DNA of 64,000 bases from Tubiluchus corallicola (GCA_030141605.1 JAQGDQ010000953.1:12876-76875); one strand, 5' to 3'; positions 1 to 13,346 are shown, counted from the first letter of the stretch. The notes: generated from the sequence alone by a model not told the origin. Numbers and translations are program-made.

Positions 1-191
1 TCATGTTATTCGTCTCGCACAGCGAAAAATTCAGGGCAGCTCTTCAAATTTAATACCCGTAACAACCTTAAAAAATCAAAAGAAATAAGTTTTGTGGTAA
101 GTTTATAATAAAATAAATTGAATATTCATAATGAGAGTAGACTTTATGTCGTAACAGCTTATATTATAGTGAGGGTTTAGTTCGACTTTAA
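1..191. mobile_element. Right part of a non-autonomous TTAA-flanked (Kolobok-like) MITE, family A
   Basis: Ends ...gagggtttagttcgactTTAA; aligns by eye with 10070-10240 (shared aaataaattgaatattcataatgagagtag...atagtgagggtttag). Confidence 0.55.
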
Positions 192-1275
192 GACCTTAAG
201 CCAGGGGTGTGTAAACTGCGGCCCGCAGAGAAATATTGTGCGGCTCGCAAAGAAGTTTGTCAACTTAATGAAAGTACGGCTCAGGCGATAAATTGAGTCG
301 CAGGTATCCAGCTGAAGTCTGCGCCATGATCGCAAAAATAGTGCGGGTAGTTTTTTCCACTAGATCGGATCGTGTTAACTCTTAAAAGACGGTTGTCACT
401 TAATGTCACTGTCGGACAGGACGAAATTACACGTTACTATCTTGGAACACAAAAAAACGATGTAATCACAGAACACAGCAAACTACCGCAGAAGCCGCAA
501 TTGAAATGGTCAAATGTGCAAAAAATGCGAGAAGCAATCTGATTGGCTGGTGGGAAGACCAACCAGCCTATCTCTAGGCTTCTATTATTGGGCCTGTTAA
601 TCTGTCCAGTCGTGTTCTTGGTCATAGCATGTACAACATGTTAACTTGGTTATTTTACAAAATAAATTATAAATAAATAAATTACAAATAAAATTATAAA
701 ATAACTAAGTCAGAATGATCTACCTACTATGACCAAGAAGACGACTGGTCAGATGAATTTTGTAAATAGCTCGCAAGCTGAAAAAGTGTGGTCACCCCTG
801 ATATAGGGGGATTCCCAGATTTTAGTTTCTGCTTGGGCTCAGTAGTACATGCCTCAATCAGTGGCTGTTTTTTCGTTTCGTTGGGTGTAGTGTTCTTATA
901 GATCAGAAACATGGATAAGAAAAAGAGGAAAATTGAAGAAGAACATTGAGTGTTTCAAGACAGATTAATATGCACTGTAGTACACAGACTGTGTTATACA
1001 CTGTAATAAAATTACCACTATCTGACATGAAAGTTGAAATCTATAGTTTTTAATATAAATTTTAATAACTTCTATAATAGTTTTCTTGAATGTAGTGCAG
1101 TGTTCCCTTTGTGCATAAAAAAATCACAAAGTGTATAAAAATATATTAAAAATATTAATTCTAACGTTAAAGGAATATTATAAATCATAAAAAATTGTCA
1201 TTTACTGTAAATAGTGTATTTATTCGGCGGATGAATATACACCAAAAATGAAGTGTAGTACTTGCGCCCACTTGA

Positions 1276-4200
1276 CAGAGATGCGCAAACCGCTGAACTG
1301 TGGATCCGGATCTGCACGCTTTTTCGCGGAATTGCGGAGTCGCGAACCCAAACTTTTTGCTTACCCTGCGGACTGCGGAACTAGACAGTGTTTTAACTAT
1401 TGTTCGCGGACCCAATAGCGAGATACGTAAATCATACAATCTCTAATCATTCTTCAGTTTTTTTTCTAATAATGGTACATGTTTATTGTTTAGTAACTGA
1501 TAATGACCCGCAGTCTTCCACTCTTAGATGTTGGTATTGCATGTGCGCACTGAACAAAAGCTCTCATTTCATCATTTGATAGAAAACAGAGACAAGAGTT
1601 GCTATGAGTATGATTTCCCTGCTTTCTCGTGCAGTCTTCTGCTATGCAATGCAAAGTTCTGACTGAGTATTACAGTACATTAATCGGCTGATTGGAATGT
1701 TTTGATATAACTAAAATTTGATAAAGGAATTATTTTATATTGTGAGGCTGACTGTGAGTGTGTACCCACTCAACACTTTTTAGTAAGTAAAGCTAAATAC
1801 ACTTGAAAAAATAAACGTACGGAGTTGTTTTTTGCAAACATCTGCAAACGCAACACACCACTTTATTATAGGCTTAAATAATGTAGTATGCAGATGTTAA
1901 GTGACATTTTTTAAATTAAACAAATATAAGCCGTGGATCAAAACAGTTGTGTTCACAACTTCATAATTATTACATTTGCAATGTAGAGTAAATTTTATGC
2001 TGTATCATTGATTTAGATATCGCATTTACAGTGCTTATTCAATTCTCGTACTTTCATAATAACAGATATTTACACCTTTATTTACTTTTAGTTAGTGTGC
2101 AATCAACTTAATGAATTGGCCTATCTTGTTGTAATGTGATCTTTAGTCACATTTTAAGTGTAAGTCACATAGAGTAGGCAGCGTGGTTCTGAGTAGTTCA
2201 GCAGTTAGTTATTGCCATGGCCAAACGGAAGGTAGAAGACATCGCAAGTTTAAGCGGAAAAGATATAAAACAAAGGCCTTGAAAGTTGGAAACTGATCCT
2301 TAAAGAAAATGCAAAAAGTAAGAATGATGTGTGGACACACTACCAATGTGTATATGATACGTAAATTTTGTTTCTTGCAAAAATAATGGTCACGTGTTGT
2401 ATCATGACTTTCATGAGAGTGGTACAAGCCATCTACGAAAACGCCTCCAGTACTGTGACAAGAACTTGAACTCAGCATCGCAAAATATCATAACAAAATT
2501 CTTCAAACCACAGTCCTTCAAGTTACCTAACCAGTCCTCAAAAAAACTTCAAGAGTCTTGTTTGTCAGTAGTAACCAAGGACTTACATCCATTAAGTACT
2601 TTTAATGGTAGTGGCATGAGAGAGCTCCTGCTGACTTGCATCGACCTAGGAGCAAAACATGGTTCATTTTTAATCAGCGATACATTGCCAGCTAGGAGCA
2701 CCATGACAAAAGATCTTGCAGAATATGCAAAAGTGGGCAAAGCTAAGCTCATTTCCATTTTGAAAACCTGTATTGATCAGAATGGTGGGCTGTAACAACT
2801 GATATGTGGACAGATTCTTATAACAGTCTTAGCTATACTTCACTGACAGTGCACTACATAGTAAACAGTACACTGTATTCTAGACATCTCTTGATAACTG
2901 ATTTTCCTACCAATGAAGCTAAAACAGCAGAAACTATATACAGTCATTTGCAGAAAAATTTGGAGACTATGTGTTTTGAAAACAAGACAGTTTTAGAGCG
3001 ATTTGTGTTTGTTACTGATAAAGGGTCAAATATCAAAGCAGCGCTTGGGAAATCACATCAGGTTACCATGTGCACATCACACATTAGCTACCACTATTCG
3101 GCACACATTATCATTATCGATGCAAGAAGAAGATGAGGACCTTTCTCAGCCTGATGCATCCGTAAAGGCTTGCAAGCAGCTAGTAGCTTTCCTAAAGAAA
3201 AGTGGCAACAATGTGAACTTATCAAAAATCGTAAAACAGCAAAATGACACGAGGCGGAATTCGATGTACAGCATGATCGAGTCAGTGCTACATGTATTCG
3301 GTGAAATAGAAGAACTGCTGGATTAAAAAAACCAAAGGTGCCGTATGACAGGTATTGACAAGGACTCCCTGATAATATTGATGGACTTTTTGACATCAAC
3401 ACTACCTGAATGTGTGTTCAGTTTGAGTGGACATACTTTTAACAAGAGAAGAAAAAGATTGAGTCCACAAAATTTGGACAGGATTTTATTTTTAAACATT
3501 GCGCAAAAGTGATATGAGATCAGTCATTTACAAGAAAGGCCAGTTTTTTAGCAATCTTATTGTTGTAAAATTATAAGTTTGCTGAGATACAAATTTTAGC
3601 TCAGTTTTGCATTATCATGAATTACCCTCTCTTCGTCACATGCTAAGTGTAATATTTTCTGTCGTTTATTGTTTGTAGTCCTTATTTGCATACACTTTTG
3701 AATGATAGTGGTAACACTAATGATGAATCTGATGCGACTGCTGCTGCTGCTGCTGATGAATTGATGATGATGATGATGATGCCAGTGGTGGTGGTGATTG
3801 TGACGATAAAAACAATGATGATAAAACAAATAAGAGATAACTGTAGCTGCTGCAACTCTTATTGGAGATTTATTACAACTATGTTCCTAGAGTTTCAAAG
3901 GTTTCTGCTGATGATCAGTTATTAACGACAATGCATTGAAATGATGACGGTGACACGATGTCATGATCAATGTTCGAGTTACAAGTATTATAATTACTCA
4001 TCTCGAGTATAGAGACATTTGTTTATTGCTACATGAGTTATAAATGACAGAATTGTAACATATTGATCCTAGTTGTCAGTAGGTCAACTTTAATTTCTTA
4101 TGATTATCATTATTATTTTTAATTTCGTCACACAAATAATAATTTGCAGTGCTAGTAAATATTTATGAAATGTGCTGGCCAGACTTTAGCTAGTTTACTT

Positions 4201-4379
4201 AAAGCCTCTCTGGCCTGGTTTCAGGATAGGACACATATATTTAAAGTTTAGCACCTGCCATAATCATTTATTACTATTGCGGACCTTGCGGATCGCGGAT
4301 CTGACGTTTTATTAATTTCGCGGATCGCGAACCATTCTTCGCGGAGTCGCGGACTTGAAAATGTTGGGTCGGCGATCTG
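1276..4379 (+). mobile_element. hAT DNA transposon (Hermes/hobo-like), degenerate; inner layer of nest
   Basis: Starts CAGAGATGCGC, ends ...GATCTG; 8-bp TSD CCACTTGA (1268-1275) / CCGCTTGA (4380-4387), 7/8 match; gcgga-rich subterminal repeats at both ends. Confidence 0.75.
2320..3511 (+). pseudogene. hAT transposase pseudogene (BED finger, DDE core, C-terminal dimerisation region)
   Basis: Motifs across stops and frameshifts: VWTHY..C..GTSHL (BED-like), TTDMWTD, FVTDKGSNI, RLPCAHH (CxxH), TRRNS (normally TRWNS), ECVFSLSG...RKRLSPQNLDRILFL; internal deletion before the C-terminus. Confidence 0.85.
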
Positions 4380-4556
4380 CCGCTTGAGATGCTACTTGCC
4401 GATGTGAGATTGTACACAACACACGATTGGTATCCCAGTCGCTGATTGGCTCAGGTACCGTGCAATTTGTTTTCTTTCGCTGTAGTTTTCATCTGCGGTG
4501 TTGTGTACGCTATTTGTGAAATTTTCGTTAGAGACTGAATTTATTCAAGCCCTACG

Positions 4557-5780
4557 ATGCCACCCAAACGTTCTGCAACTTCTACGGTTTCTGGCAGCGA
4601 ACCTAAGCGCCAGCGAAAGATGCTTACGATAAAAGAGAAGATTGAGCTTCTCGACATGCTGAAGGAAGGGAGATCGTATGCTTCAGTTGGCCGCCATTAC
4701 GGGATCAACGAATCTACGGTTCGTTATATCAAGAAGGAGGAGAAAAATATCAGGTCTATGGCAACAGTGACTTTCAACAAGACAGCAAAAAGAGTGCTTA
4801 CTCCTCGTAATAAGGCGATCGTAAAGATGGAATCTGCATTAGCCTTGTGGATTAATGATTGCCGTAAAAATAATATTCCCTTGGATACGAACACCATAAG
4901 GACTAAAGCCAAGCAACTTTACGATCGCCTGGCAGAAAAAATGGAGGACCAAGATGGCGGTGAACAAGAAGAGCACGATGATGAAGCAGGACCATCGACA
5001 TCGAGTGCTTCTCCCACCAGATCAGGCCAATTCAGTGCCAGTAAGGGCTGGTTTGATAAATTTCAGAAGCGCTATGGACTTAGGTGTGTTTCTCTGCGCG
5101 GAGAGGCTGCCACTGCGGATAAAGCCAAAGGCGAGGATTACACGCTCAAAGAAATAGAAGAAGGGGGCTATCTACCTGAACAAGTTTTTAATATGGATGA
5201 AACGGGCTTATTTTGGAAGAGGATGCCATCTCGCACTTTTATAATGAAAGAGGAAGCCAAAGCCCCTGGTTTTAAGGCTCAAAAAGATCAAGTAACTTTG
5301 ATCATGTGTGGAAATTTAGTGGGTTTTAGTCATATGACTGCCGAAGACGTGAATAATCTGCTTGACGTCCATACTCAACCAGTGACCGATGAAGACCTGG
5401 AGGAGCTGACCAAGTCAGCAAGTGAAGAAGAGGATGAGGAAGAGCAATGGGCTGAGGAAGAGGAGGAGGTTGGCCTAACGCTTGAACGTCTTGCAACCTT
5501 GGTCAGAAAGGCTCAAGAACTTCAGCAACTTGCTGAAGATTGGGATTTGAGTATGGTTCGTTCTTTGCAGTTCAGAAATTCAATTGACAATTCCATGTCA
5601 GCGTACAAAACAATGTTCACCCAGGCAAAGAAGCAGCGCCAGCAACTCCCCATAACTATGTTCGTAACTCGCACGAAAAGATCTGTTACGCCTACACCTT
5701 TAGCGGAAGTAGTAGAAGTTACATCCGATGCCGAAGATACTGCATCACCTGATGAAGTGGTGCCTTTAGAAGAGCAGTAA
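4557..5780 (+). CDS. Tigger/pogo-type transposase, 407 aa, open but internally deleted in the DDE domain
   Basis: CENP-B-type HTH (RKMLTIKEKIELL...YGINESTVRYI), second HTH (ASKGWFDKFQKR), QVFNMDETGLFWKRMP with the first catalytic Asp; jumps from TLIMCGN directly to the acidic C-terminal region. Confidence 0.85.
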   Translation: MPPKRSATSTVSGSEPKRQRKMLTIKEKIELLDMLKEGRSYASVGRHYGINESTVRYIKKEEKNIRSMATVTFNKTAKRVLTPRNKAIVKMESALALWINDCRKNNIPLDTNTIRTKAKQLYDRLAEKMEDQDGGEQEEHDDEAGPSTSSASPTRSGQFSASKGWFDKFQKRYGLRCVSLRGEAATADKAKGEDYTLKEIEEGGYLPEQVFNMDETGLFWKRMPSRTFIMKEEAKAPGFKAQKDQVTLIMCGNLVGFSHMTAEDVNNLLDVHTQPVTDEDLEELTKSASEEEDEEEQWAEEEEEVGLTLERLATLVRKAQELQQLAEDWDLSMVRSLQFRNSIDNSMSAYKTMFTQAKKQRQQLPITMFVTRTKRSVTPTPLAEVVEVTSDAEDTASPDEVVPLEEQ

Positions 5781-7301
5781 TGCTTTTTTTGGCATTCATC
5801 TCATCTTCATGTCCATCGTCATCATTACTGCATAGCTAGTTCATCACCATCATTCTAGCTGTAGAACGTATCTTTAATGGTGAGTACCCATATCAAATTT
5901 TTAAAATTACGTATCTAGGTTTAAGAATTTAAAACATTTTTATGAACATTTAAGTAAAGTTTTTTAAAAGGTACATGTACAGTATGGGTTATGTATAAGG
6001 GTGTGGGGAGGGTTTATAAAGACTTAAAATAATGTATAACTACTAAAATAAGTATAGCGACCCTACTTTGCGGAAATTCACTTATCGCGGGTGTGCCTGG
6101 AATGGAACACCCGCGATAACTGAGGGAACACTGTAGTGTAGTAATATTGATGTGCGCAGATCCGATGCAGACAAATCGTTATTAGGTCCTACTATTCTTG
6201 GCCCCCTGACCAAATTGCATGTGGCCCGCAAAAATTGCTGGAAAGTTTAATATGGCCCGGCTAATCAGATATTTTGCACACCCCTGCCTTAAGCATTTGA
6301 ACTTAAGTTAAGCATGTGATAGTGAAATCTCATTGTGTTATACTGCAGTGGTTTAATTTTCATCGGTGACAAGAGACCAGGTGTGTAAGAATACTTTCAC
6401 TGTAATCTGGATATTTGCAAATTTGAATTAAAGAGGGAGATTGATGGTAATTCCCTCGACGATGTTCCAGCTATGGGGTCTAGGGAGAGCTTTAAGCTCC
6501 CCCAGCGAGGTTGGGGGGAACCCTACTGCAAATGCATTTTTCTGCAATTAAGGAAAATTTGCAAGCATTTAGGGACACTTATAAAGCAGACATTTTACAA
6601 ATCATCTAATGACCATCTGTACCAAATGCGGCAAACGGATCAAGCAGGATACAAGATCTTAGCTAAGTTTAGCTTCCCGTTGCATTAAGTTTGTGTTAAT
6701 TGAAGATTATTAAAATGTTAATTGAAGATTTCTTTTATTGCTTTAATATTATTTATTTTTACGTAGAGCTAGAGCAAACTAAGACAATGTGACTGATTTT
6801 TTTTACTTTTAAGTCATTCAATTTTGCTGATTCTGTTAACATTTTAAATGCGGCAACGAGAGAAATCACATGTTGGGTTGGAGAGGAGGAGTAACATTTG
6901 CAAATGCAGGTGAATGTTTGTGACTAGGTAGGTTTGAGATTGAACATTCATAACGCAGCTAGTACTACTTCAAGTACTGTATTTGCAAATTTGGCCTGAG
7001 TAATGGATGACCTTGAATCCAAGGTTTAAGGATAGGAAATGAATTCTTTATATAATCAATTTTAATAATCCAAATTATATGAGAAGTGGCATTCTGTTCA
7101 TACTAAACTGGTTTAATATGGTGCTAGGTACATTACCAGATAAAAAACAAACCTTGGTGAGTAACAATGATCTTAAATAGTGTTTTAAAATGACAGAATA
7201 GTTTTCAGTTTCTGTTATCCTTCATTTCTGTTGTCATCAGGACAAGCTAATATTTTGTGCTGGTTTTACTTGAATATGCATTTGTGTTTTCATTTTTTTA
7301 G

Positions 7302-7445
7302 TGTTCTGGTTTCATGATGACATTGAAAGGGCTTCCAATGGCTTACAATAAAGATCTTCAAGAAGATAAAGAAGCCATGTTTGATGTATATGATGCCATG
7401 GCTGGCATTTTGCAGGTTACTACTGGAACTGTTTCAACAATGAAG
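7302..7445 (+). CDS. ASL: ASL exon (144 nt)
   Basis: [16 protein letters not shown]; AG/GT boundaries, phase 0/0. Confidence 0.95.
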
Positions 7446-9540
7446 GTAATTTTGTTTTGGAGCCATTAGTCATTACATTGTAACAATTTTGTTTGGTTTT
7501 TGATATTTTTAGAATATTTATACCAGCATGCATTTGCAGCCAGTTACTGAATGACAATATCGTTAAAGTATGTGTATGTCTATATGTTTATGATAGTAAC
7601 AATTAAATGTTGATTTTTAGGTACATAGATTCACTTGTGTTGCTGCTCTTAGTCCTGGTATGTTGGCAACAGACGTGGCCTACTATCTAGTGAGAAAAGG
7701 AGTAAGTGATTATGATTATGGTTTTATTGTTTTTTAGATGCTTTTTAGTACCATACATAAATTTTCTTACAAATATTAGAATATGTCTAAAAGATAAAAC
7801 ATTAATTATAGCAATAAAAGAAACAGAATATTTATAAACAAAAATTTTATATCAACGTTCCGACCTCTAAAGGAGGTCATTATCAAGATACTGGTAGGAT
7901 GTATGTGCACCAAATGGTGGATGAGATACTTCTGCTGGTTCAGCCTCATATGTTGTTGTGTTACTGTTGGATGCTGGATTTTTGCTTGTAGTGTGCCAAT
8001 ATGTATAAAAGCCTTGTATGGTTGTTATTTATTGATCCGAATTTTTTTACACTAAAGTCTTGTTTGCCACTATTTTTCACCATTTATTTACAGGGAAGAG
8101 TCATCTTCTTCATTAAACATACTTTTTTCAATTTTTTTGCAAGTTGCTCTACATATTTCTGTTAATCCGAAAACTGAAAACATTAAATAGGGTTCCATAA
8201 GCTAAAAAACAATAAAGACATTTTCAGAGTCAAGGTCTTCAACAGTAAGCATGACGTACCATGCATCATTTGAATGAGGTACTCTGAATGAGTCATTTAG
8301 CTGTGTTCTTTTACCAGGTTTTAATAAAAACTAATGTTTGTTATTAACTGCTTATCTGCTAAGCATCAAAACAGCTAGAGTTGTCAGTCTAAAAGCAATA
8401 GGTATACGGCTTGGATCCACAGTAGTATTGCACTAGTAACCACATTGGCCATTCCTTTTATACTAGATAGCTGGAGTGTGACTTTAGTTTGGGTAGCACT
8501 GACTGTACGATGAAAAACCATTCTTACATCTGGAGTTAAGGTTAATTAGGCCTTACCTTTTTCAATTCAGCAGGCAAAAATTGTTTTTGAAACTTATTAA
8601 TAGCACAATTTTGTTTTTTAGGTTTCTTACTGTTATGTATTAAATATCATACCAGGGGCTTCCATGAATTATATGTATTTAACCCTTAATCATGACAGTG
8701 TAACATTATAAGTCTTACATATGTTACACATTTTTACATTGTGTCATTATTCTGAATGAAAAGTTCAACAAATAGAATTTGAGTTAATGTTGATAGAGAT
8801 TTTGTGCCATATGTATATATAACAGCTAATCATTTAAAGTAATCATTCACCAATTAACAGGGCTAATTTTGCATTTTAAAATTCAAGTTAACTATCACCC
8901 AAATAGTTTGCTTCATTTTCAGTGTAGAATATAAAATATTAATTTAGATAGCCTGTTTTTGCGTGGCTTTTGATTTTTCAGCAACTTTTATTATTAATTT
9001 GTTATAGAAGGATATTTCGAATGTTTGTTAGATTTCTTTTCGAGAAGCACACGAACTGTCTGGAGCTACAGTCGCATTAGCGGAGTTACACAATAAAAGT
9101 ATCCGAGATTTATCATTGACTGAATTGAAAACAGTTAGGTATGTTGTTTTTAATTACCTGTTATATTAAAAATAGAGTAACTGTGTCAAATTCATCTTAA
9201 ATTAAATTAGGATTATGACAAAGAGTGAAATTATAAAATTATAGCAAAAATTTGAGGTATGATAATATAAATTTATGTTTATAGAAAGAATCTGCAATAT
9301 TGTGAGAGTTACGTGCATATAATCTTCCAAGATTATTAATGTGTAAGAATTATTGTCAAGCCATTGCCTGTGTAGTTTTAACTGAAAGTATGATTTTCCA
9401 GTGCTTTGTTTGAGGAAGACATTTCTAACGTATGGAATTATGAAAATAGTGTGGAGCAGTACCAAGCTTATGGTGGTACCAGTAGAGAAAGTGTGAAGCT
9501 ACAAATACAGAATTTGAAAACTTGGCTTGGCACTATTTGA
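7302..9540 (+). CDS. ASL: Argininosuccinate lyase, last four coding exons (5' part lies upstream of the window)
   Basis: join(7302-7445,7621-7701,9032-9138,9402-9540), all GT-AG and phase-consistent; translates [24 protein letters not shown]...[25 protein letters not shown]...[17 protein letters not shown]...*, matching the conserved ASL C-terminus. Confidence 0.96.
7621..7701 (+). CDS. ASL: ASL exon (81 nt)
   Basis: [19 protein letters not shown]; AG/GTAAG. Confidence 0.95.
9032..9138 (+). CDS. ASL: ASL exon (107 nt)
   Basis: [11 protein letters not shown]...LSLTELKTV; phase 0/2. Confidence 0.95.
9402..9540 (+). CDS. ASL: ASL terminal exon
   Basis: [35 protein letters not shown]...TGA. 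Confidence 0.95.
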
Positions 9541-9811
9541 AGAAGTAAGTAAGGAATTCAGATGTGGTGCTAATGAAACAATCCCGAAAAACTCGGCATC
9601 ACTTTGCAGGTATTACTGGAACACCTAAGAAATTGATTTCCTGTTGGAGTGCAATCATGCAGAAGAATTATGGAGATATTTGGCTTCAATGCTTTTTTCT
9701 GTTGGATTAAAAGTTAAAAAAGTTAGTTGAACATCATGAATTAGGTTTATTTTTAAAAAAGTTTTTTGAATAAGTTCAGGGTTCAGGATCGAAATAGTTG
9801 CTGTTAGTTAT

Positions 9812-10240
9812 TTAAAGGCCCGTATAATCCAAACAGATGTTGAGGTTTTTTTAAGGCATTATTATTATTATACAAAGAATTCATAGTTATTATTAAACAA
9901 AAATAACTTACCTTTTTCTGGGGAATTTCGAATGTGTGCATTGCCAAACGTAAAGATCGCCGCGTTTCACGTTTTTGGCGCAAGTGAGAATAATGTATGT
10001 AGTGCAGAAAGTGTCTTTGGTTACCGATGTTTGTTTACCGATCTTTGGTGACCTCGTGACTTTACTCATTATGTCATTCATCTAGCGCAATGAAAAATGG
10101 TGGTTCTTCAAATTTAATACTGGTTACGACAATGAAAAGTAAAATTTATAAATAAATAAAATAAATTGAATATTCATAATGAGAGTAGGATTTTAAGTTG
10201 TAAAAGCTTATGTTATAGTGAGGGTTTAGTGTGACTTTAA
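9812..10240. mobile_element. TTAA-flanked (Kolobok-like) MITE, family A
   Basis: TTAA-AGGCC...GACT-TTAA ends; right half homologous to 1-191. Confidence 0.55.
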
Positions 10241-13200
10241 TATTTTCTTTGCTTTATTTGCAAAATAAAATCGAAGGAGTTTAGTATAATTTGAGTTACA
10301 AGTGTGTTGATACCCCAATATTTAACTATGTCTGGATTGTTTGTTATTTAATAGTATTTTTTGTACTTTGTTGTTGGCAAAAAGATTTAGTTATCAGTGT
10401 CGAGCCTTTCAGCAATTATTTACATTCTGTTTTTTGTTATAATAGTAATTACTGTGCTAATAATAATGGTGATGACGACTAAGATTGGCTGACAAATTAA
10501 TGGTTTTTGTCATTAGACTGAAAATAAAATTATCCATTAGTTGCTTTTATTAGGCATATTATTTTTCATAACTGTCCAGCATTTTTGTTACTAAAGGTGC
10601 TGTCCATAAATTGATAAAATAATATTGTTTGCAATGAAACTACATGTGTCATGCTTTTGTTGGTCTATTTTTTTAATTAATTTATTTATTTAGTGATGTA
10701 GTGTGTGTGATGCATTAATGTACCATTAAAGAGGGAACAACACTACACACAAGTAATCTCTAAATTAGTGTCATCGAAAGTTTTACAAACATTGATGTTG
10801 GCAGAATCCATGTACATGTGCAATATTTGAAATTGAAGTTAAACCTGAACATTAATAAAGAGAAAGCTGCAAAGAGCATGCCAATTACATTTGAAAACCT
10901 ATTTGTAATTAAACATTAAATTTTTTGTTACTAATCACACATAATCTTTATTGTGGCAGAAGAGACATATCTGTTTTGATGAAACAAGGAATTTCAACTT
11001 CCGTGCCAGGAAAAGAAAGCCTGTGTTTTATCCCTACAATGAGGCATCGCTACGCGTACATAACAATTCATCTCGAACTATTGGTCGAGGAACTCACCAA
11101 ACTCATGATGATGGATAAAAAAATCTAACCCCATCAATAGATGCGAAATTTGTTCTAGCATTTTTGTTCGTATTTTTAGTTTTTTAAAGAGTGACACCAA
11201 TGCCATCATCTTCAATTCAAGGTGAAAGATCACAAATGCAGCTCCATCCGTCCATATGCAATTTATTTTAGTATATTTGTACAAAGTATCTTGGAATCCA
11301 TTGCAAATTGGCAAAACTTAAGGTTTTAGACTTTTCCAAAATAATGTTATCACCGCCATCCTGATTTCAAAATAGCTGACTGAAAATCTAAATCTGACTC
11401 TGTCAATCAATTCGTGAGTAGCTTTGTGGCTATCCATTCCAAATTCACTAAGCCTGATAGTTTTTCAAAAGGTCATCCCCGAACAAGAACGACATTCAGA
11501 TGAGTAACGATTTGTGTCAAGCCTCGACCAAAAATTACTGAAAGAAGTTGTGCGTAATGTAATATTTTATATTTGCTATAATGAGACCTTGGTAAACCAA
11601 GATACTACAGGCCTACAGCACACATGCAGAGTTGAAATCCGTGCTCATTTTTGATATTTTCACATTTTCTCCTTTTCATTCAGCTGGGTTAATGTGACCT
11701 TATTCCATCATTAATGCATAATCTAAATTAAGAATATATATAATTAAGGAATGTTGATTTAACTTCACAGCACTCATAAAACTAATTTAAAATTTTTATA
11801 TTTTGTCTGTATTCTAAATTCCCAGTGGTCTATACCAATTTATCCACTCAAGCAGCAGTCATTTGAAAAAATTATTTAAAAAACATGAATTTGCAATTTA
11901 AATTCAGATTCCTCAATTACATAACAACTAATAAGACATCACTAAAGTGGCATATAGCTTGGGAATTTGGAACATTTCTTCAATAGAAAAACAATTTTAC
12001 AATAACAAATGTGTTTATTAGTATCGACTGTGTAATAAATAATCTGTGTTATATTGCTAATTCAAGATGTATTTTACATAAAATAAGATCTAAAAACTTC
12101 AAAAACTTAAAAATTTAAAGCAAAGATGAAAAAAAGTACAATATTGAAATTAGACTTACGTATGTGTTCCCAATATTTTCAAAGGTATTTCATATTGCCA
12201 GAGTTTCATAAATTTAAATTACTTATTTGGCAACTGCTAGATACACGGTAGAATTTTACAGACTGTAAATCAATGAAAAACTCGACAATATCAATTGGAC
12301 TTTACTTGAACAACAGTAACAGTTATACAAAATTTGACAACAACCGACTAAAAACGAATTCAAGCAAGTATGACAAGAATGCACTGAAACAAATAAAAAT
12401 TACAAATTTCTGAGTAAGCCATCGATTAAAAAGTAGGATTATACTAAACCTGACGTAGTCCGTTAGACAACAAAATATTACAGTCAAATCTTGTTATAAC
12501 CCTTCCCCCATAATACCAGCCTTGCGCGGTAAAAAGAAGTTTGACTGTCTGCCATTAAATTCATATACTGCACTAGTAACATATATAATCAGTAACTGCT
12601 AATAAAACTATTGAAAATGATGAAGCAAATCTAGACTGAAAATGGTGAACTTTATTAATAATGCTACAATTCTAATTACCATAAGTTTTAGCCATTTTAC
12701 TGTGCAAAATAATACTTTTCATATAATATTTCAAATTATGCAATTCTATATTATCATTACAACAGCAAATTACAGTAATAGAAAAGTCAGTATAAATGTT
12801 TTGAAGTCAGAGAAACTGCAGATTTAATATACATTTTCTTAAAAAAACAGTGAAATACAATGTCAAGAAAGTTACAGCCAACCATTCAATGAATTGTGCT
12901 GCTCATTATACTTAATAATACTACATTATTCTGCAACCAATTTTTCTGCGAGCAATTTATTGCACTTATTTGAAAGATTCTCTTTCTTTGCATAAACTAT
13001 TACAAAAATTAATCATTAAAAACAAACAAAACCACTTGTTATGTTGAGTAACTAATTAACATCTATGCCTATTACAACACTTTGGTTTGGTGTTCTTTTA
13101 AGCAGTGCGCCTTAACTTGTAATTGGAATGGTGCTGCTCTTTAAATTGGAATAAAGCCATAATTCCAATCATTTTCTCTTTTATTTATGGTTATAACACC

Positions 13201-13346
13201 ACTAATAATATTATGTGTATAATATTGTTTATAAAATTGTTGGTGGTTTCGTTAATGCTAAGACCTAACAAGACTTCTGCAAAACGTCATAAAAAAGCAT
13301 TAAAATTGATTAACATTATGACGTAAAAAAATGAAACACCAGTTTT

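Larger units (their letters stand above)
1098..6132 (+). mobile_element. Tigger/pogo (Tc1-mariner superfamily) DNA transposon; middle layer of nest
   Basis: Right end ...ccgcgataactgAGGGAACACTG followed by TA (6133-6134); left CAGTGTTCCCT at 1098 (11-bp match, left flank TG rather than TA, so the left boundary is less certain); contains the transposase ORF 4557-5780. Confidence 0.7.
202..6286 (+). mobile_element. hAT DNA transposon (Charlie/SPIN-like), non-autonomous; outer layer of a nest
   Basis: TIR CAGGGGTGTGTAAA (202) vs reverse complement of right end CAGGGGTGTGCAAA (6286); perfect 8-bp TSD CCTTAAGC at 194-201 and 6287-6294; gcggcccgc subterminal motifs; remnant N-terminus MDKKKRKIEEEH*VFQDR at about 910-965. 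Confidence 0.85.

Noticed and set aside
3596-3925. His-rich and Ala/Met-rich ORFs
   Set aside because: Trinucleotide low-complexity tract within the hAT 3' region.
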